From the NCBI GenBank assembly GCA_017654855.1, contig CM030337.1:1178001-1242000 (forward strand): a DNA stretch of 64,000 nt. The letters are read 5' to 3'. Made by a program: the position numbers and the translations under genes. This document shows, piece by piece, positions 63,191-64,000 of this stretch. The stretch comes from Podospora anserina (taxonomy: Eukaryota). Position 1 is the first letter of the stretch; every line of letters starts with the position of its first letter. The notes under the pieces are model-generated. The model was given only the letters and a program-made list of their open reading frames with translations, did not search any database and had not been told where the DNA came from.

Positions 63191-64000
63191 ATGAGCACTC
63201 ACAACATGGCGCGCGATGAGACAATAACCGATGTCGGCACCGACGCGACTGAGTCGACAAGATTGCTAAGGGACAGAGATGAAACCAGCACCAGCGAAAG
63301 ACGACAAGATGAAGGAGAGGCCTGGGTGGGTTACGCAGACTTTGAGGGTTTGCCTTGGTGGAGGAGACCGACAGTTTGGTTCCTCTTGGTACCATATGCG
63401 CTTTTTACCCTGGCATTTGGAGGGACGGTGGTGCCAAAGCTGAATTTGTATGACCTCCCCCCCTCAGTCAAACAGAGGGTGATTTTAGCTGATTATCGAT
63501 ACAGGATTCTCGAGCTGGTATGCAAACGCTACTTTGCCGACCGCTCCGCCCGCGACCCAGATTTCACCTTCACTCCGGTTGTTCCTGGCGAAGACAACGA
63601 CCAATGCTTCATTCCTGAAGTTCAGCGGTCTGTCGCAACCTTTATGATGGTTCTCAATGTTCTGACTGGATTACTCAGCGCCTTGACGGCGCCGAAGTTG
63701 GGGTCGTTGTCGGATCGTTATGGCAGGAAACTCATGCTGACGGTTTGCGCGCTGGGTGGGATCATGAATGAGATTATTACCATCCTGGCGGCCAAGTTCC
63801 CGGAAACGATTCATTACAACTGGCTGATCTTGGGCGCGTTGTTTGATGGGCTTACGGGGTCTTTTACGGCGGGGAGTGTGCTGATTCATTCGTACACGAG
63901 CGATTGCACACCCCCTTCGAAGCGCGGTGTGGCGATAGGGTACCTACACTCGTGCTTATTCATGGGGCTGGCGTTTGGACCGCTGTTAGCGGGGTATTTC
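63191..64000 (+). CDS. MFS transporter (SLC46/tetracycline-efflux-like), 3' end outside window; intron 63448-63504
   Basis: ESTRLL sorting motif, LPWWRRPTVWFLL, motif A-like PKLGSLSDRYGRK, DGLTGSF, SDCTPPSKR. Confidence 0.85.
   Translation, partial: MSTHNMARDETITDVGTDATESTRLLRDRDETSTSERRQDEGEAWVGYADFEGLPWWRRPTVWFLLVPYALFTLAFGGTVVPKLNLYDLPPSVKQRVILADYRYRILELVCKRYFADRSARDPDFTFTPVVPGEDNDQCFIPEVQRSVATFMMVLNVLTGLLSALTAPKLGSLSDRYGRKLMLTVCALGGIMNEIITILAAKFPETIHYNWLILGALFDGLTGSFTAGSVLIHSYTSDCTPPSKRGVAIGYLHSCLFMGLAFGPLLAGYF

Noticed and set aside
6814-63504. Three 57-nt stop-free in-frame introns (6814-6870, 36234-36290, 63448-63504)
   Set aside because: 57 nt is near the common intron length in this window; coincidence is sufficient.

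Overview
Gene-dense, intron-containing filamentous ascomycete DNA (Sordariales; Podospora-like is my impression, not provable from the window). Recognisable genes in order: NCA2-like (5' truncated), SEC4-type Rab, two intron-containing tRNA-Ala, two related secreted N/Q/L-rich proteins, a cyclin-like gene, a TRP/YVC1-like channel (-), tRNA-Arg(ACG), ura2/pyr-3 CPSase-ATCase, a spliced 80-aa small gene absent from the ORF track, a conserved-looking hypothetical, TAP42, PDX3, Dicer (dcl1), a HET-domain gene bracketed by two identical convergent 5S rRNA genes, a Zn-cluster-like transcription factor, KU70, ferrochelatase, an AT-rich RIP-like repeat relic with an LTR-like island, and the start of an MFS transporter. 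Most unusual signals: (i) a strictly 21-nt-phased array of palindromic AGGCCT cores with one inverted unit in a ura2 intron; (ii) the 5S-HET-5S inverted-repeat cassette; (iii) the secreted gene pair, whose 5'UTR introns both splice to give GAGCTGTGCTC, with probable alternative terminal exons in one gene. Splice sites were read by eye; no searches were run.
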